Of a DNA stretch of 64,000 nt, positions 24,214-38,160 are shown one piece after another; position 1 is the first letter of the stretch; the number at the start of each line of letters is the position of its first letter. A program made the position numbers and the translations under genes. The notes beneath the pieces were generated by a model. It saw only the letters and a program-made list of their open reading frames with translations, was not told where the DNA came from and did not search any database. The DNA is from Tubiluchus corallicola (Eukaryota; Animalia; Priapulida), in the NCBI GenBank assembly GCA_030141605.1, contig JAQGDQ010000002.1, positions 372,001 to 436,000 of the forward strand. The letters run 5' to 3'.

Positions 24214-27200
24214 ACTGCAGGTTAAAGAAATTTCACAGAGATCTTTTTTGTACAAACCCACGTATTAATTAAGATTTTGTAAATCAAAAAATAAAAGTTT
24301 TTACTCAACTGAGTCTCGTTAATGTTCAGTTTGTGTTATCATGAAATGATGGATTTTAAAATCTTTCACGACAGATTTTCAAGTAAAATTTATTTCGAGT
24401 AAAGCTCCAATAATGACACCAGATAAAAAATTTGAATGTTTGAGTTACATTCTGTGAAAAAAGTGTTAATCGTGTATGAGTGACGCCATGTTGGTCCACA
24501 TGTAACGAAATTATTTTGCATGAAAATACGAGTTTGTACTTTAGATCAAGGTTGTTATAAACAAAATTTTTCTGTATCTATACAGTGAAAAATAAAATTG
24601 TTGGAGATGGAAAGTAATTTTTGCTTTTGTGCATAATGTGCAATTTATGTTATTTTAGTCTCAAGTCAACTAATTCAGTAATGAGGTACAAAAATGAAAA
24701 AAGGAAATTTTAAAGGCGCTATATATTTTAAATTTTAGTTTAGCTAGGCAAAAGCTATATCTTGCTTTTATAATTTGATGATATAATTTTTTTGTGTTAA
24801 GCCGTATGACCGTTAGGAATTTTTGCTGATGTTAGTTTTAGCATTGTACAGTAATACTAAGTCTGCTGGACAACTTGACTATGCAAATTGCAAATTAATT
24901 AGACAATGTTTAAAATGAAAGTTACGCTGAAGAGGTATACTACACGATGATGATAATAATAATAATAATAATGTTAACAACGATAATAATAATAGTGAAT
25001 TAGTGTCAATTTGTATGAATTTTGAGGAATACATGCAAGAATTTTTTAGACTTTTTGACATTCAAAAATCATAATTACAGTACAAAGGAACTAATTCCTG
25101 ATGATAAGAATTATCAAATATTAAAAAGGCCTCGAAAAATTAAGAGACATTATGCAGACAATCACTGGTGAGCCATACTGCAGGTAAAAGCTCACAAATA
25201 ATATTTTGTTGAATTTGTAGTAACAACGCAATCTCTAATTAAGCACAAAAAAACGGAAAAGAAGACAAGAGTGCAAAATGTCATTAAAGTAGTACGAAGT
25301 CCATAAACACTGCATGGTATGTGCAAATTTCATTAAATTAAAAGTTAACTGTTTTTCAGTTAGATAGTGCTTATTTGTCCTGCAGTCTGCACTGACTTAC
25401 TTAACGTAGATACGATCTTGTATGCATTGCTTGTTGCAGAAATTCTGGAAGATGTAACATCAGGCTTATAAAGATCTTGAGACCAGATCTTTGTGAGACA
25501 ATATTTCACAGTAACTATAACAGTTATTATTTTAGTAATAAAATACTTACTGTTCTGTATTATAAATAAGCTAGCATATATTGTAAGGTGTAACATATTT
25601 GACGTCTTTTTTTATTTAGTCAAGTCGTAGCGACGAGATTATATTTACTGGTGCGCTATCTTTGCTGTATTTCAAACAAACACAGAGCTAGAAAATACAA
25701 CATGTTTCTGCCGAAGTGTGTCTTGTCTCTGTTTGTAAAGAAATCGGCTATAAAAACTGTTAAAGTTTCACAAAATTCCTTGCTTACGTCATTTGCTTGT
25801 AGCTTCTGTAGGGTATCAAGCCTTGGATACAGGACTTTTGGCTCAAATGCTTGCATTAAAAATGGTATTTTTAACTGAAAAATAACCTCGTAGTCGTAAT
25901 TAATTAGTAGTACTACTACTAGTAGTAGACGTCGAAACGTAATCCTGTGATATTAATGATCAGTTATACACCTTTGCCTTTTACTACACACACGGCACGT
26001 GTCAAGCAAAAAGCCCGTTGTCAATAGCAAAAATTGGAAAAATGATTATTTGTCACATAAAATTGCTTGGTAAATGCAATATGAGGCTGCAATGAAGTCA
26101 CTTGACATGTTCAATTTAAAGTTGGCATAAGTAGTCGAGCCGGTGGTGGTGGTAATATGCTTTGTAAGAGCAAATATCAGTCAGAGACAATTTTTTGTCT
26201 GTTAGTTTTAGCATCACTGATCTAGAAAAACAGTTGATGCTGATTTTTCATTTACTAAGCCAGCTTTTTGCTTTTTAATTCATGCTGACTTGCAGGAGCT
26301 GAGGGCTAGAGTAAAAGGAAACTTACAGGGTTGATACATGGGGTATTGTTGTGTAACGTGATTTTGAGAGCGACTAACGGCATCATGTTAGCCACTAGTA
26401 CATCATGGGCATAGCTAGGAAGTATTCGGGGACCTCACCTGAATCTCTTTTTAGCTTTGCACCAATATATATATGTTATATTATAAATTAGACAATCAAT
26501 AAAATGAATTGTTATCAAATGGTGAACAAGATTCCTTGTAAAAATTCCTTTACAGTTTTTTGAAAAGCTTGTTCGTCATGACATGCATAGATATTAGAAC
26601 AAAGCACTCCAGGCAATGATATTTTGAAGCAAGTTCCAATCTTATAATATAAGTAGAGTTAATGTTTTCTGCCTTTAATCCCTGGATTTGAAAGCCATAA
26701 TTATCAGAGGACTAACAAAATTTATAGACATAAAATGTGTACTTTTAAACCACAACTGTCCATAAGTCGGCATGGTTAAAACTGTGTTACAATACTTCAA
26801 AGTAAAATGCGTAGGAAATTGGGTCGAATATCAAATTTTTGTTTTTTTACAAAATGAAGTGCTAAATATATTGGACTTTCGTATTCTGGCATCAAATGGT
26901 CAACAAATGTTTTAAATATTCAAAAAAAATTTATAACTCATTACCAGCTTCTGTGCCTAAAAATTAGTGTCAGCTAAAAAATTGCGAAAACTCTGATAGT
27001 AGCTCGTGGAATCAAGCCCAGGTGCTGTTCTGTATGCGCCATCTCTTGGATTTGGAAGTAACTTCAGATTATTTTTACAAAGTTTATAACAACCTCTCTT
27101 TCTCTTCTCTCCTTTCATATGGTTGCTAAGAGTTTCGTAGAAACACTACAAAAAACAATAACAAACATTAACAGTGAATTTCTTAAAATTACGTTTTTCA

Positions 27201-27681
27201 GTGTGCAGGATGTACCTTTACTTTAACCTCAGCTTAAAAATTACATAGAGCAAGGGGTCTGGTATGAAAATGATTCTCATGAAATGGAGATTCAGGTTAT
27301 GTGAGTAACTAGAAAGCACCAATTGCTGACTTACGTACGTTTTTGCTGTGCAGACACACAAATTAGCTTATCTCACTACATAAAATCTTTTATTTTAGTT
27401 CGTAAAAATAGCCATCAAAATGCAGGAAATGTGTTGAATTTTCAGGGCTCTACTGGCACCCCTGTAGACCCCACTGGAAGAGCTCGCAGTGCTCAGCGAG
27501 ACTCTCTAGTTGTTTAAACATGCCTTTGCGATATCTGGCTATGTCCCTGTATATGGCAGTATCTTCACATGGTCAACTTTTCTTAGCAACTCCTATGAAT
27601 GACCGATAATCACACTAAAAAAATTTAATGCGAACGCCTTGAATATAATTTTGATAATTCCATTTAAAATCAGGTCGGAAT

Positions 27682-27739
27682 ATGGGCAAAATTACTTGGA
27701 ATTGGTTTTCGAAAAACTTTGTTCGGCACAACAGTATCG
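27682..27739 (+). CDS. MRPL21: MRPL21 coding exon 1 (putative mitochondrial presequence)
   Basis: MGKITWNWFSKNFVRHNSI(G)|gtgagt; no acidic residues; phase fits the next exon. Confidence 0.62.
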
Positions 27740-28652
27740 GTGAGTGAAATTTTAAGTGCAGCATTTAAATTTGTCCAATAAATGCACATTTGCACAAATT
27801 AAACTTAAAACTGCGTTTTTATATCTCGCAATTATCGGAGTATTCTTAATAAGCATGTGTTCAGTGTTCTAATTTTATGTAGCATTCTCTAATAAATATT
27901 TTAACAATAAGGCTTACTATTGTAATGCACTTCACACTGATTTCTTACACAAGTTAACATCAAAACTAATGGAATTATTGTATCATTTTATGAGTACCCC
28001 ATATTTTCTTGAGTATAAGACACCCTTTATTTATAAATCATCCTCGAATATAATACGCATACAACAGGAGTGTTAAAAAATACAAGACATCATTTAATAT
28101 AAGATGTATCATAGTTCAGCTGCAATTTTCCCTGTAATATACATAAAAACGATCATGTGAATTGTGAAGTACAATTTTGTTTGTAAGCAGGTACAGTCCA
28201 CTCATTTATCATGTGCTAATGTACTAGCGGTAACGCAATAGTTTTGGTTTGAATCTATCATCCATTCATTGTACCATGATACAGAATTTTTATTTTGCTG
28301 CTTTGCCGAGAGCATTTGACCTACTATGACTGTTTAGCATTTTGATTGAAAAGCTCAGTTATAACTTGTACATTAACACAGTAAGTATAGCCGTGCATCC
28401 CCATTCTGTGTTCAACATTCGCGGATGCCTTATTTGCACAACAGACAGAAGGATAACATTTAACACTTGGGATGGCAGGTTCCCAAACTTCTGTTTTACT
28501 GTCATTCTCCATCAACCTTATTGCTTATATAAAATGTTAAGGCATAAATTATGGTGTAGAAACACTTGTTGTAGAAATAAACTATTTCTTTAGAAATAAA
28601 TATAAGACACTTCTTGCATTCAGGAAAATAAGGTAAACTGTATGTTTTCTAG

Positions 28653-28725
28653 GTCCTTTGTGTGGAAATCCTGGTCGATCCTTCTGTACCACAGCAGCTG
28701 TGAGACGAAGGTTGGTAGAGCTAAG
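28653..28725 (+). CDS. MRPL21: MRPL21 coding exon 2
   Basis: ttctag|PLCGNPGRSFCTTAAVRRRLVEL(R)|gtaatt; an alternative in-phase donor follows 28710. RSFCTT resembles a presequence cleavage region. Confidence 0.65.
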
Positions 28726-29194
28726 GTAATTTAATAGTTTGAACTGTGAGATTGGGAGATTTTTCTGATTTAAGCAAGTGAAGTGCTGCAAATAAATCAT
28801 ACCTATTAACCAGGATTGCTACTTCTAGTTGGCATTCTTTAGCATAACATCAAATTAGCTTCCTATCAGTAATATTACCTGTTGCGAACATACACATTGT
28901 TTTATTTTGGTAAGAATTTATAATTACTAATAACTACTGAGACGGCAGTGAACAGTAGTTTACTTCTTTTGTAAATCTTCTATAACAGTTCTAATGTGAC
29001 TAGTCAGTATTGGATAAGCTCACCATTGAATGTCCAAAGTTCCATATTTGCTATAAGTAACTATTATTAAATTCTTTAAACCAAAATTCAAAAGTAAAAA
29101 AGTGTGCTTGTCTGGCATATGTGTCCAGATTATGAATAAAAATATGTAAAGATTTGTATTATTGATAGTAGTAATGTAAAATCATTTTTCACAG

Positions 29195-29286
29195 ATACAG
29201 GGAGCAGTATTATGTAATAAATCCCAAAATAGATCCAGATGTAAGTGAACAAGCAAAAGTTACTGAAGAAGATGGGCGATTTAAAG
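29195..29286 (+). CDS. MRPL21: MRPL21 coding exon 3
   Basis: tcacag|YREQYYVINPKIDPDVSEQAKVTEEDGRFK(G)|gtacag; phases 2/1 bridge exons 2 and 4. Confidence 0.65.
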
Positions 29287-30007
29287 GTACAGTACCACAT
29301 CAGTGTAACATCAGTACTTTTTCTGTTTAATATGCCATAATCACTGTTTAAGTAGGTTTTTTTGCTTTGCCTCACGATGGTCCTTTAAAATGCTGTTGCG
29401 TAAAAGATTATGAAGCGCAGTTTTTTCTGTTCATTACAAATATAATTTATCATAACTTTTTTCACTGCTAGTCAAATAAGGAAATAATTGGGAAGAGCAC
29501 ATTATGAATTTCATTTGCATTTCCATTTTTTGCAATTGTTAGCAGAATATTTTTATAATTATCAATATTAACTTGTGCAGCATGCATATTGATACAATAC
29601 TATGAAGTAGCATGTCACACTATAATGATTCGGGTAGTACATGCGTAATTACGCGAAAAGCCTAATTCTTCTGTAGATTGGCTAGTATATGTAAAAGTGG
29701 TTTTGTTTTATTCCTTAGACATGATGTTTTTTATTGCCTGTGCTCATGTAAAAAAGTGACTGGTGAGAAATAAATCAAGAGTTCCTTTTCTTTTTATAGT
29801 TACTCCTGGACAAGATAAATATTAAATTTAACAATTATTTAATGATATTTTTCACACAAACAAGGAGGTGACTGTCTGTTGTAGGCTAAAAATTTACTAG
29901 TATTTATTCCTAATTTTGAACTTGCTAACTGCTGTGCAGTTTTCAGCCATCTCACTTTATTGAATGTGCATTTACTGAATGTAAATGTGATATTATTTTA
30001 ATTGCAG

Positions 30008-30168
30008 GTATTATAAGTAAAGTTACCGAAGAATTACAGGCTGGTCCTGGACGCCCGTTTGCTGTAGTTCATCTGACTGGACGTCAAGTTCTTTTAAAAA
30101 CCAATGATCTCATCACAGCCATTGGACATTTTCCTCCAGATATCGGAGAGAGAATTGTCCTAGAAAAG
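30008..30168 (+). CDS. MRPL21: MRPL21 coding exon 4
   Basis: ttgcag|IISKVTEELQAGPGRPFAVVHLTGRQVLLKTNDLITAIGHFPPDIGERIVLEK|gtatgt; bL21 GR.FAVVH and GERI.LEK motifs. Confidence 0.92.
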
Positions 30169-30197
30169 GTATGTAAGTGAATTTCAGTGTACTGTTT

Positions 30198-30907
30198 CAG
30201 TGTGGTGTTCTCCAATATCTGATATTAGACATCTGATACCTCAATATTTATCAAAATACTGATATTTTATTGCATATTGAATTACCGATATTATCTGGTG
30301 TATCGAATTCCAATATTTCCTTAAATGTCTGCCATTGTTATCTGCTTAAAGTTTCAATAGTTACAATGGTTCCCAAGAAAGGGGCACTGTAATAAGCTGG
30401 CACCTGTAAGTGAACCTTGCTTGGCTGATTAACCTTCAGATGATCTCAACTTGCTGTCCTCTGTTGTTGAACAATCAAACCTGTCTAGCCGCTGGCCCTC
30501 AGCTGATAAGCACATGCTATAGCTATGGCCTGCACTTAACTCGCAAGTTCACATAGTTTGCCAGCTAATAATTATGACAAGTTTGTATAATTGTACCAAA
30601 TTTCTTTGTATTTTGCTTTTCCTACAGCATATTGCACAGCCATACTATAATATACATCACCATAAGGAAGATGAATAAATTTAGGATCATCTGTTTGAAT
30701 AAATAAATGAATGAATAAATGCACCTATTTGCAAACAAAATTTGCAGTCCTTATATTACTCTTGCAGACTAACTTATGGTTGCAATGTACATAAACAAAA
30801 AATATTATTTCCGGGAATTCTTTACAATGTCAAATTATATTGAACCAGTGTAAGAGGTTAAATATCGGTATTATATCGAATGAGAAAAACAATATCGAAC
30901 TACACTC
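30198..30907. mobile_element. Degenerate hAT-like MITE
   Basis: Ends agtgtggtgttc / gaactacact with clustered gatatt/aatatc(g) subterminal repeats at both ends; no clear TSD. Confidence 0.45.
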
Positions 30908-31779
30908 ATTTAAGGCCCCCTCGGTTACGTGTAAAAATATTGGGAGCAAAACTGTCAGCGGTTTTAGCTCCTTATGCAATACATGTTAAAGCTTGTTAAA
31001 ACTGTTTTTTTAACAGTTTTACTTGTTTCGGTAGAAGTGTGTTATAGAAAAATTGCAGCTGCAATTTAAAAGCAATGAAAAACAAACCTCATAGTATCAC
31101 TTTGTATGATGCTCATGTCAGATTAAAATCAATGTGCTTTCTAGTGCAGGCCTGCCAAGCTCCTCCGTTGTGAGGGAACCTCCATCATTTCAGACCATTT
31201 CTCCTCCATATGCATCATAACCCCCCTCTTTCCTGGTTCTGGGCAAATATTTAATTTGCCACTGCATGGGTTATCAACATTTCAAATTTCGCTTAAAATT
31301 AAACCCTGGTGAGCACTAGTTTTAGTTTAATCATAGATTCTGGCATAGGTTATAGCAGTTAAGTTATCTACAAGTATGATGACTGTGAAGATACAGTGGA
31401 TTCTATATTGCATGGTCAGATTGTTTTAATAGTGTTTATTTATCAGTGTTTTTTCAATAGCATTTTATCTTTATTCTTAATTACAGGTATATTTAATTTA
31501 CACACACACAGCCTACAAGCCATGCAGTAACACCTAGTATCCTTAGCAGTAAAAAATACAGTCTAATTAGTCAATTTTTGTATTCAACAGTTACACCATT
31601 GGTCCATGGCTCTAAAAAGTTTCTGATGCTTTTAAATAAGATAAGATAAAATTTATTCTGCTTTGTGGTAATCGTACACGAAGCAACAATACATGCACAT
31701 GAACTACATAATCGTAAAATTAATTAAACAGTCACCTATCCCTTATGCATAAGGTACTAGAGATACTAAGCAATACAAA

Positions 31780-32378
31780 TTTGGCGATACGATACATTTT
31801 TCAACCGTACGATAATGGTGAACTATTTTTAAATGATATGACATGATATGATAAATTATTTCAAGTGATACTGATGTTAGACAATTGATGCAACAATAGA
31901 AAAAGTATCTTAAATAGCTACTAGTTATAAAAATAAGTATGTTTGTCATGATTCATAAGTAAGCTGCAATAGATAAACACATTCCTGCGATAAAATCATC
32001 TATGACCGGGAAAGTGACACAGTGTATTTGACATTCACGCTTTAGTACCAGAGTGTATAAAGGGGTCTCTGTACTTTATGAGTATGATTCAGAATGAAGA
32101 TAGATGTTATTGCCAAGTGAAAGTGCAACAAAATGATTCGGCATCTGACAAGCTTATAATTTTAAATAATTCTTTTTATCCACTTCTCTGCATTATGTGG
32201 ATAAATAGAAAAGAAAAGGCGATTTTGTAAAGGTTAACGATAAGCAATGATACGTACCAAATTCGATACGATAACAGTATTCATAGAATAATATCGATAC
32301 GATAACGATAAAAACACATTTTTCGCATTGATACTATATTAATACTATCGATACGTATCGTTATTGTTAACATCCCTA
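31780..32378. mobile_element. hAT-like MITE fragment
   Basis: Dense cgatac/cgataa subterminal repeats ending in acatcccta, the same terminus type as 17942-18697. Confidence 0.45.
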
Positions 32379-33183
32379 TAAGATACAGCATTGCATTAAA
32401 TTTAAGCCTGTAGCAATACAGTTGTTATAATTGTCTCACTATAGGGTAATAGATCTATTAAGTTATAACTTATCATTATTTCTAAAACTCTTAAGACAAG
32501 AGTTAGTATCAACTGCTACATGATTTATTTACTGAACTTGCACTGTAAGTGTTGCATTTTGGCCTTAAACTTTAAAGTGCCACAACAAAAATCATTTTTG
32601 AGATTATGCTGTGTTTATGATCAATATTTTTTGCTTTTTTCAAATGTTATACAGCATATTGATAGCCGTATGTATACAAATGCTAAATGGCTACAGTTTA
32701 GTGTGCTCTGTTTTCCTAGAGGGTGTTTGAATATTGTCAGCTATGTTCAATAGATATTGTAAACATTCTGCTGTGTGTTAATACAAATTAATTTTTTGGA
32801 GGTGTCTAAACTTTCTAATCTGCATTGATTAGCATCTGTATTCCGATTGACATTAGGAAATCTCTAAATATATGTTTTAGTTGTTCATAGAATCATTAAA
32901 CTTGTCTGCACAGAAAGCATTTTGTGTCTGGTGCTGATACTGGCATAATAAACATAAACAAGGTTCTTGCTTTTTATGAAGTTGATCAGAAATTATTAAA
33001 AGATAACAGGAGATAAAGACATCTCTATCAATTTTTTATTAAAAATACAAAGTCAAGACAAAACCGGTTTTTCAGTTTCTTGGGCTCAATCACTTCACCA
33101 CTTCGAAATGGATATCAACCAAAAGTATGTGAAAAACATGTATTTTACATGAACACATGTTCTGCAGTATTTTTCATCTTCAG

Positions 33184-33340
33184 GTTTTAATGGTGGGAAG
33201 TGCAAATTTCTCACTATTTGGGCGACCATTGTTGACAAAGGAACAAGTTCTAGTTAAAGCTACTGTTGTTGAGAAAACTTTGAGTCAAGTATTGTGGACG
33301 TTTTACATGATCAAAGGAGGGCAGTTTAAAAAAACAATGT
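33184..33340 (+). CDS. MRPL21: MRPL21 coding exon 5
   Basis: cttcag|VLMVGSANFSLFGRPLLTKEQVLVKATVVEKTLSQVLWTFYMIKGGQFKKTM|gtaagt. Confidence 0.93.
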
Positions 33341-33925
33341 GTAAGTTTAGCTGGCTATTATTGTCATTTCTGATACATCTGATTATGAGCTAGGAAGTTG
33401 CAGAGCAGTTAAACTGTGCGACTCCAATAACAGCTATTGGGTCCAAAAGCTTTTACTTCTGCATGTTCAGCATTTTAGATGTCAAATGGAGTTTTTTAGC
33501 AACTATGTGTCAAAGTATATGCACTTCAGATTATAAGTTTGTAAAATTTTTGTAAATGTCGATAAAATAATTTAACGTATTTATAATTACATGTATAAAT
33601 CAGTCCGGTATAATTAAACCACAATTTATTTCATAGAAAACTAGTCAAATTATTGTTAGTACAGGTTTATACTACAATTGAGCTTGCTGTAGACAATTAT
33701 GTTGTTTTCAATAATCACAAAATTAATAAAAATAAGGCCTTACACAAATATTGAGCATGGATTAGCAGACTAATCAATATAATCTTTATGTAATGCAGGA
33801 ACATTTTTTGATGCTTTGCATTGTACGAAAAAGATTGTAATTAAGATGTTTGTTTTTCGTGTTGTTTCACTTATTCATTTTTTAAAATTGTTTAGTGGAA
33901 TTGATGTTATTTTCTTGCATTTCAG

Positions 33926-33999
33926 TTTCAAGATATCCGATAACAGTTTTACGAGTAAACAGCATTGACATTGCTCCTGATGCTTTGAAGGTTTCTTGA
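33926..33999 (+). CDS. MRPL21: MRPL21 terminal coding exon
   Basis: tttcag|(F)SRYPITVLRVNSIDIAPDALKVS*; matches the TVLR.NSI.IAP C-terminus of MRPL21. Confidence 0.92.
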
Positions 34000-35083
34000 C
34001 GATCACTTCCTCGCTAGTTCTCTGATGGTCTTAGTGTAGATAATTTCTGCCTTAATGGACATTGTTGCTTACGGACAAAAACACCGAATTGAGTTTTCTT
34101 CAATTATTGGACGAAGGAAATGATTTGGAAAAACCAGCAAGTAAAAACTTGCTGGAAAAAGAAGTGAAAGTAAGTGTCGGAATGGCAGTACTAATTGAGA
34201 AGTCAATGACAATTTTAGAGGGTAAAGAAAACAAATATTAAGAATTTGTTTTCTTTTTACTGTGAAGTGCTAGTACCTAAATTGCTAAATGGTTATTGAA
34301 CAGCTCTCATTATCTGTGTGAATTAAAATAAAATGTAATTTGTTAAGCACACATTTGATAAAAGATTGGCAATTAAGAAACATATAACAAGGTAAAAGAG
34401 AAAGAGCAAGGAAGTACAGTAAGTAGATTTCAAAAAGTACTGAATTAAGTGAATGTATCTTATAGACAACATATTGAGAATCCAAGTTTTTCATCTCTCG
34501 GGAGAAGATCAAACCCTATCAGTTATTTTTTGTAATCTGGTATTTTAGATCCATAGTGTCACTTTGTGCATGAATTCTTGGAAGCAGTTGATTATTATAA
34601 TAAAAAACATATTTTGTACAAATGATTATTGTAAAGCTTTTGAAATGATAAGTCTTAGCCACTAATAGTATGAAATTAGTTTTTTTTTAACTTAAGGCTT
34701 CCTTAACCATACAGTAAAAGCACTTCTTTTGCAAATAAACAGAACTAATATAATTAGCTGGAAGTGTGACTTCTGTAAGTGGCTATCTCTTCTGCTTTCT
34801 AAGGCCCTAAACAGGTCTTTTGTGGCTAGGAGATTGTTGAGTAGTCACATTGTGTCCATGGTTATGAAGCTAAGCAGCAGTAGCCTGATTAGCGAATGGA
34901 TAGGTGAACACCGGGGAAAGCTGCTTCAGGCTGTTTCATCTGCTATTTTCTCTTAGAGGAAAATGTGTCAGGTATATGCATTTGAGCATGACAACTGCCA
35001 GTCCATTATTACTAGTAACATTAGTAATAGGCCCTGATGTTGAGTGTTGGCATTCAGCTTGCAGTATGCCAAACTGTGTAAAA

Positions 35084-35599
35084 CAGTGGTTCCCAACCTT
35101 TTGTTGACGATGATCCCTTTCTAGAACCCTGCATCATATCAGTCTCCACGAAGAACATAATCACATGTTATACTATTGCACATCATTATTGTCTGCATTT
35201 ATTAATTGTAACTATATTACTATTTTACTATTCAACAAATTATTGAACAATGAGTTATTGTTTCATTAATTCATTCATGTGATGGCTGCACCTGTTTCTC
35301 AGCGACCAATATTGCAATGCAATAGGCATCTAAGGTGACCCGACGTAAAATGTACAGCAGACACGCTTTGGGGCGGCGTACAGAACAATGTGCATTTTAA
35401 TTTTCCCGGTAAGTCAAGCACTGGCATACTGCATTTAGAGTGGGAAAATCTTGTTTCACTTCCCAGAACAAAATGATGTAATGCGAGACTGAGGAAACAA
35501 GACCTACTTACATACCATGAAAACACCACTGTTCAAAAATAGTTTTTGGACTAGCCAGCAACCCCACAAAAAGTGTTTCCTCAAAGTTGGGAACCCATG
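35084..35599. mobile_element. hAT (Charlie-like) MITE
   Basis: TIRs cagtggttcccaacct / agttgggaacccatg; perfect 8-bp TSD gtgtaaaa at 35076-83 and 35600-07. Confidence 0.85.
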
Positions 35600-36773
35600 G
35601 TGTAAAAACGTAGCAAATTTCGCCAGGCATCTTATTGGTCACGACCATGACCACTCACCTGCGGGTTTGTAGATATTAATAAGCTTCAATATGTTACAAA
35701 TGATAAAAGTAGTTTGACAATATGACAGTTTACATCTTGTTAGATAGTTTGATAAATAATAAATTTACTTTATGGAGACATACAATGTTAGTAAAAACAT
35801 TTTTATGTTACTTTGGATTGTCATAAACTAATAATTTTGAGCATTTTAGATTAATGAGTGCCAATTCTTATTAATTTGACAGAATGTCATATAAATTACT
35901 AAACTGCCAAACTAGATTTATAGCTAGATCTTGTGTTTATTGGAATTTAGAACTGTAAGATTAACATTCATGACAAATTATGATAGACTATTCTTATAGA
36001 GCAGTTTATTATATTCAACACAGTAAATTTGATATTTTAACTCCATAAAGTGGTTTAATTTGTCAAACTAACTTAATTGTATTGATTGCAGTCCCCAAGA
36101 AAATCTGAAATTGCAAAATTACTTTTTTTTATTTTTAATAGACATGACATATAAATTTCTACAAAAAGTAAGCTGCAATATGGTAGTCATTGATTGTAGT
36201 ACACATTAACATTTCTTGAATGGCCAAAGTAAGACTTTGAACCAGTTAAAAGTGAGTGTGGCTTACCTTTTCAAGCAATGAATCTTGTTTGTTTGCTATA
36301 ACATTGTTAAATGTGGCAGTATACAGAGTGGCAAATTAAAGATTGTCTGTAGCCATTTTTAAAGATCTTACTGGAACTAGTATTGCTTAACTTTTAGAAC
36401 CATATTCTCATTTGACGATTTTTGAGAAAAAACTGAGCTTTTGAGAACTAACTGTTAAATAGAAGCTAAAAAACGTATATTTAATCTAAAGCATTTGCTA
36501 CGTTTCTTTCTAAAATTATATTTTGCTTTGCAGCAGTGCCATTAATTGTGAGAGATGTTGACTTTGTTAACGAGAACTGTGTAAACTTCTTGCAAAAAAG
36601 TGGCAAATACATTTCCTATTATCAGAAAATAGAAAAGCAAATTATGTTACAGTCATAACTTGCATAAAAATTTTATGCCATATATAACTGTGCAATCCAA
36701 TTTAATCTTTCTGTTGAGACTGAAATTAAATACTAATTAACACTTACGTGCTGTAGTCATTATTTTTTATTTT

Positions 36774-36826
36774 ATATATATTCGATATATATATATATAT
36801 ATATTTATTTATTTATTTATTTATTT
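36774..36826. repeat. (TA)n + (TATT)n microsatellite
   Basis: Direct inspection. Confidence 0.85.
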
Positions 36827-37507
36827 TTCGGTTTCAAAAAAGCATACAAGCGACAGTTAACTGTACAAGTAATTTCTGGAATGATTGGTTGCTGTGCTGC
36901 ATCGCAATCTTTTTATTTTAATAGCTTAAAAACCAAAATGGTGTGCGCTGTGAAATGCAATGTAACGATATCTTTTTGTGTTACTATGAAGTTCTGAATT
37001 TTGACTCTTTGTAAGGTATATGTATAATTAAAAAATCAATAACCTTTTCCTAAAAAAATGTTTATCCAAAATAAACTAGAAAACTGAATTGTAGCACTAT
37101 AAAAATAGCATTAATTTGTCTTAAACAAGTTGTCTAGTAATCTTAATACAATTTTGTATGTTGTTTTCTTAAATACTTCGGCACGCTGAATCACGCGGGG
37201 ATCCAGCTTCAAAGATTCGTCCTACTCAATGAGATGTTTGTGGTGTGACCTTGTGTTTTGCACAATAATCACTGTTACTTGTAGGACTGATAGTGTAATG
37301 TAAAATATGTTAATTATATCACTACACTCTGCTTAATACCGTTTTAGCGCGTTTGCGATCGTCAATGTATGCATGTTATGGAATAAATTTTGGACTAACT
37401 TAATATGTTGTTTTCCTTTTATCTACCCTGATAAGTGTAATAATAGTTGTTGGTCAATAAATTACTTACTTAGTGTGAATTTGTTTTTTCACACAATTTC
37501 TTCAATA

Positions 37508-38160
37508 CAATACATCCTCGATTATCCGTGCCCCGATTATCCGTACTAGATAACAAAAACTGCAATCCATAGTTTTTATCCGTTTTTTCTTTAATACTAT
37601 GCGACGCAGTGTACTGAGGTTTTCTGCTCATGCTCACCTCTCTAAAGCTCTCATGCTTTTGTTGTTTTGTAGAAGAGCCTTTTTACCTTTTCTGAAGGAA
37701 ATTAATTATAAAATGCCTAATTATGAAGTCTGCGGCAATAATATTGTTAACTATAGTAGTGTGAATAACAACAGGCAATGATTCGCCAATTTCCCTGCAA
37801 ATGTTACTTCAAAATGCGAATGCAGCGAGATAGACACCCGACCTTTCACCGAAACAGAAACCGCCCATCTACCGTCCTAGAAAAAAATCGTCGGGACGTA
37901 GAATTTATGGATGCGCATCTACACTTAACTTCAGTAATAATACTAACTCAGCAGATTTAAATCTTAGAACTTTGGCTGATGAAGCCACTAAAAAGTAGAA
38001 ACTTTCAACTAGACTGAGATTCAAATTTAATTCGCGATATGCCACTCCCCTTGATAACTTGATATGGCAAGCCCGTAATAAGCAAAATTAGGTAAGTCTG
38101 ATTATCTGGACTTTTTCGACCTCTCAGAACCGGACTGTTAGGATAATCTAGGTTCTACTG
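37508..38160. mobile_element. Tc1/mariner pogo/Tigger-like MITE
   Basis: ta|caatacatcctcgattatcc ... ggataatctaggttctactg|ta: TA-flanked imperfect TIRs with internal gattatc repeats. Confidence 0.65.

Noticed and set aside
37975-38030. ctgatga...gaaac hammerhead-ribozyme-like core
   Set aside because: Stems I and III and an NUH cleavage site could not be built convincingly.
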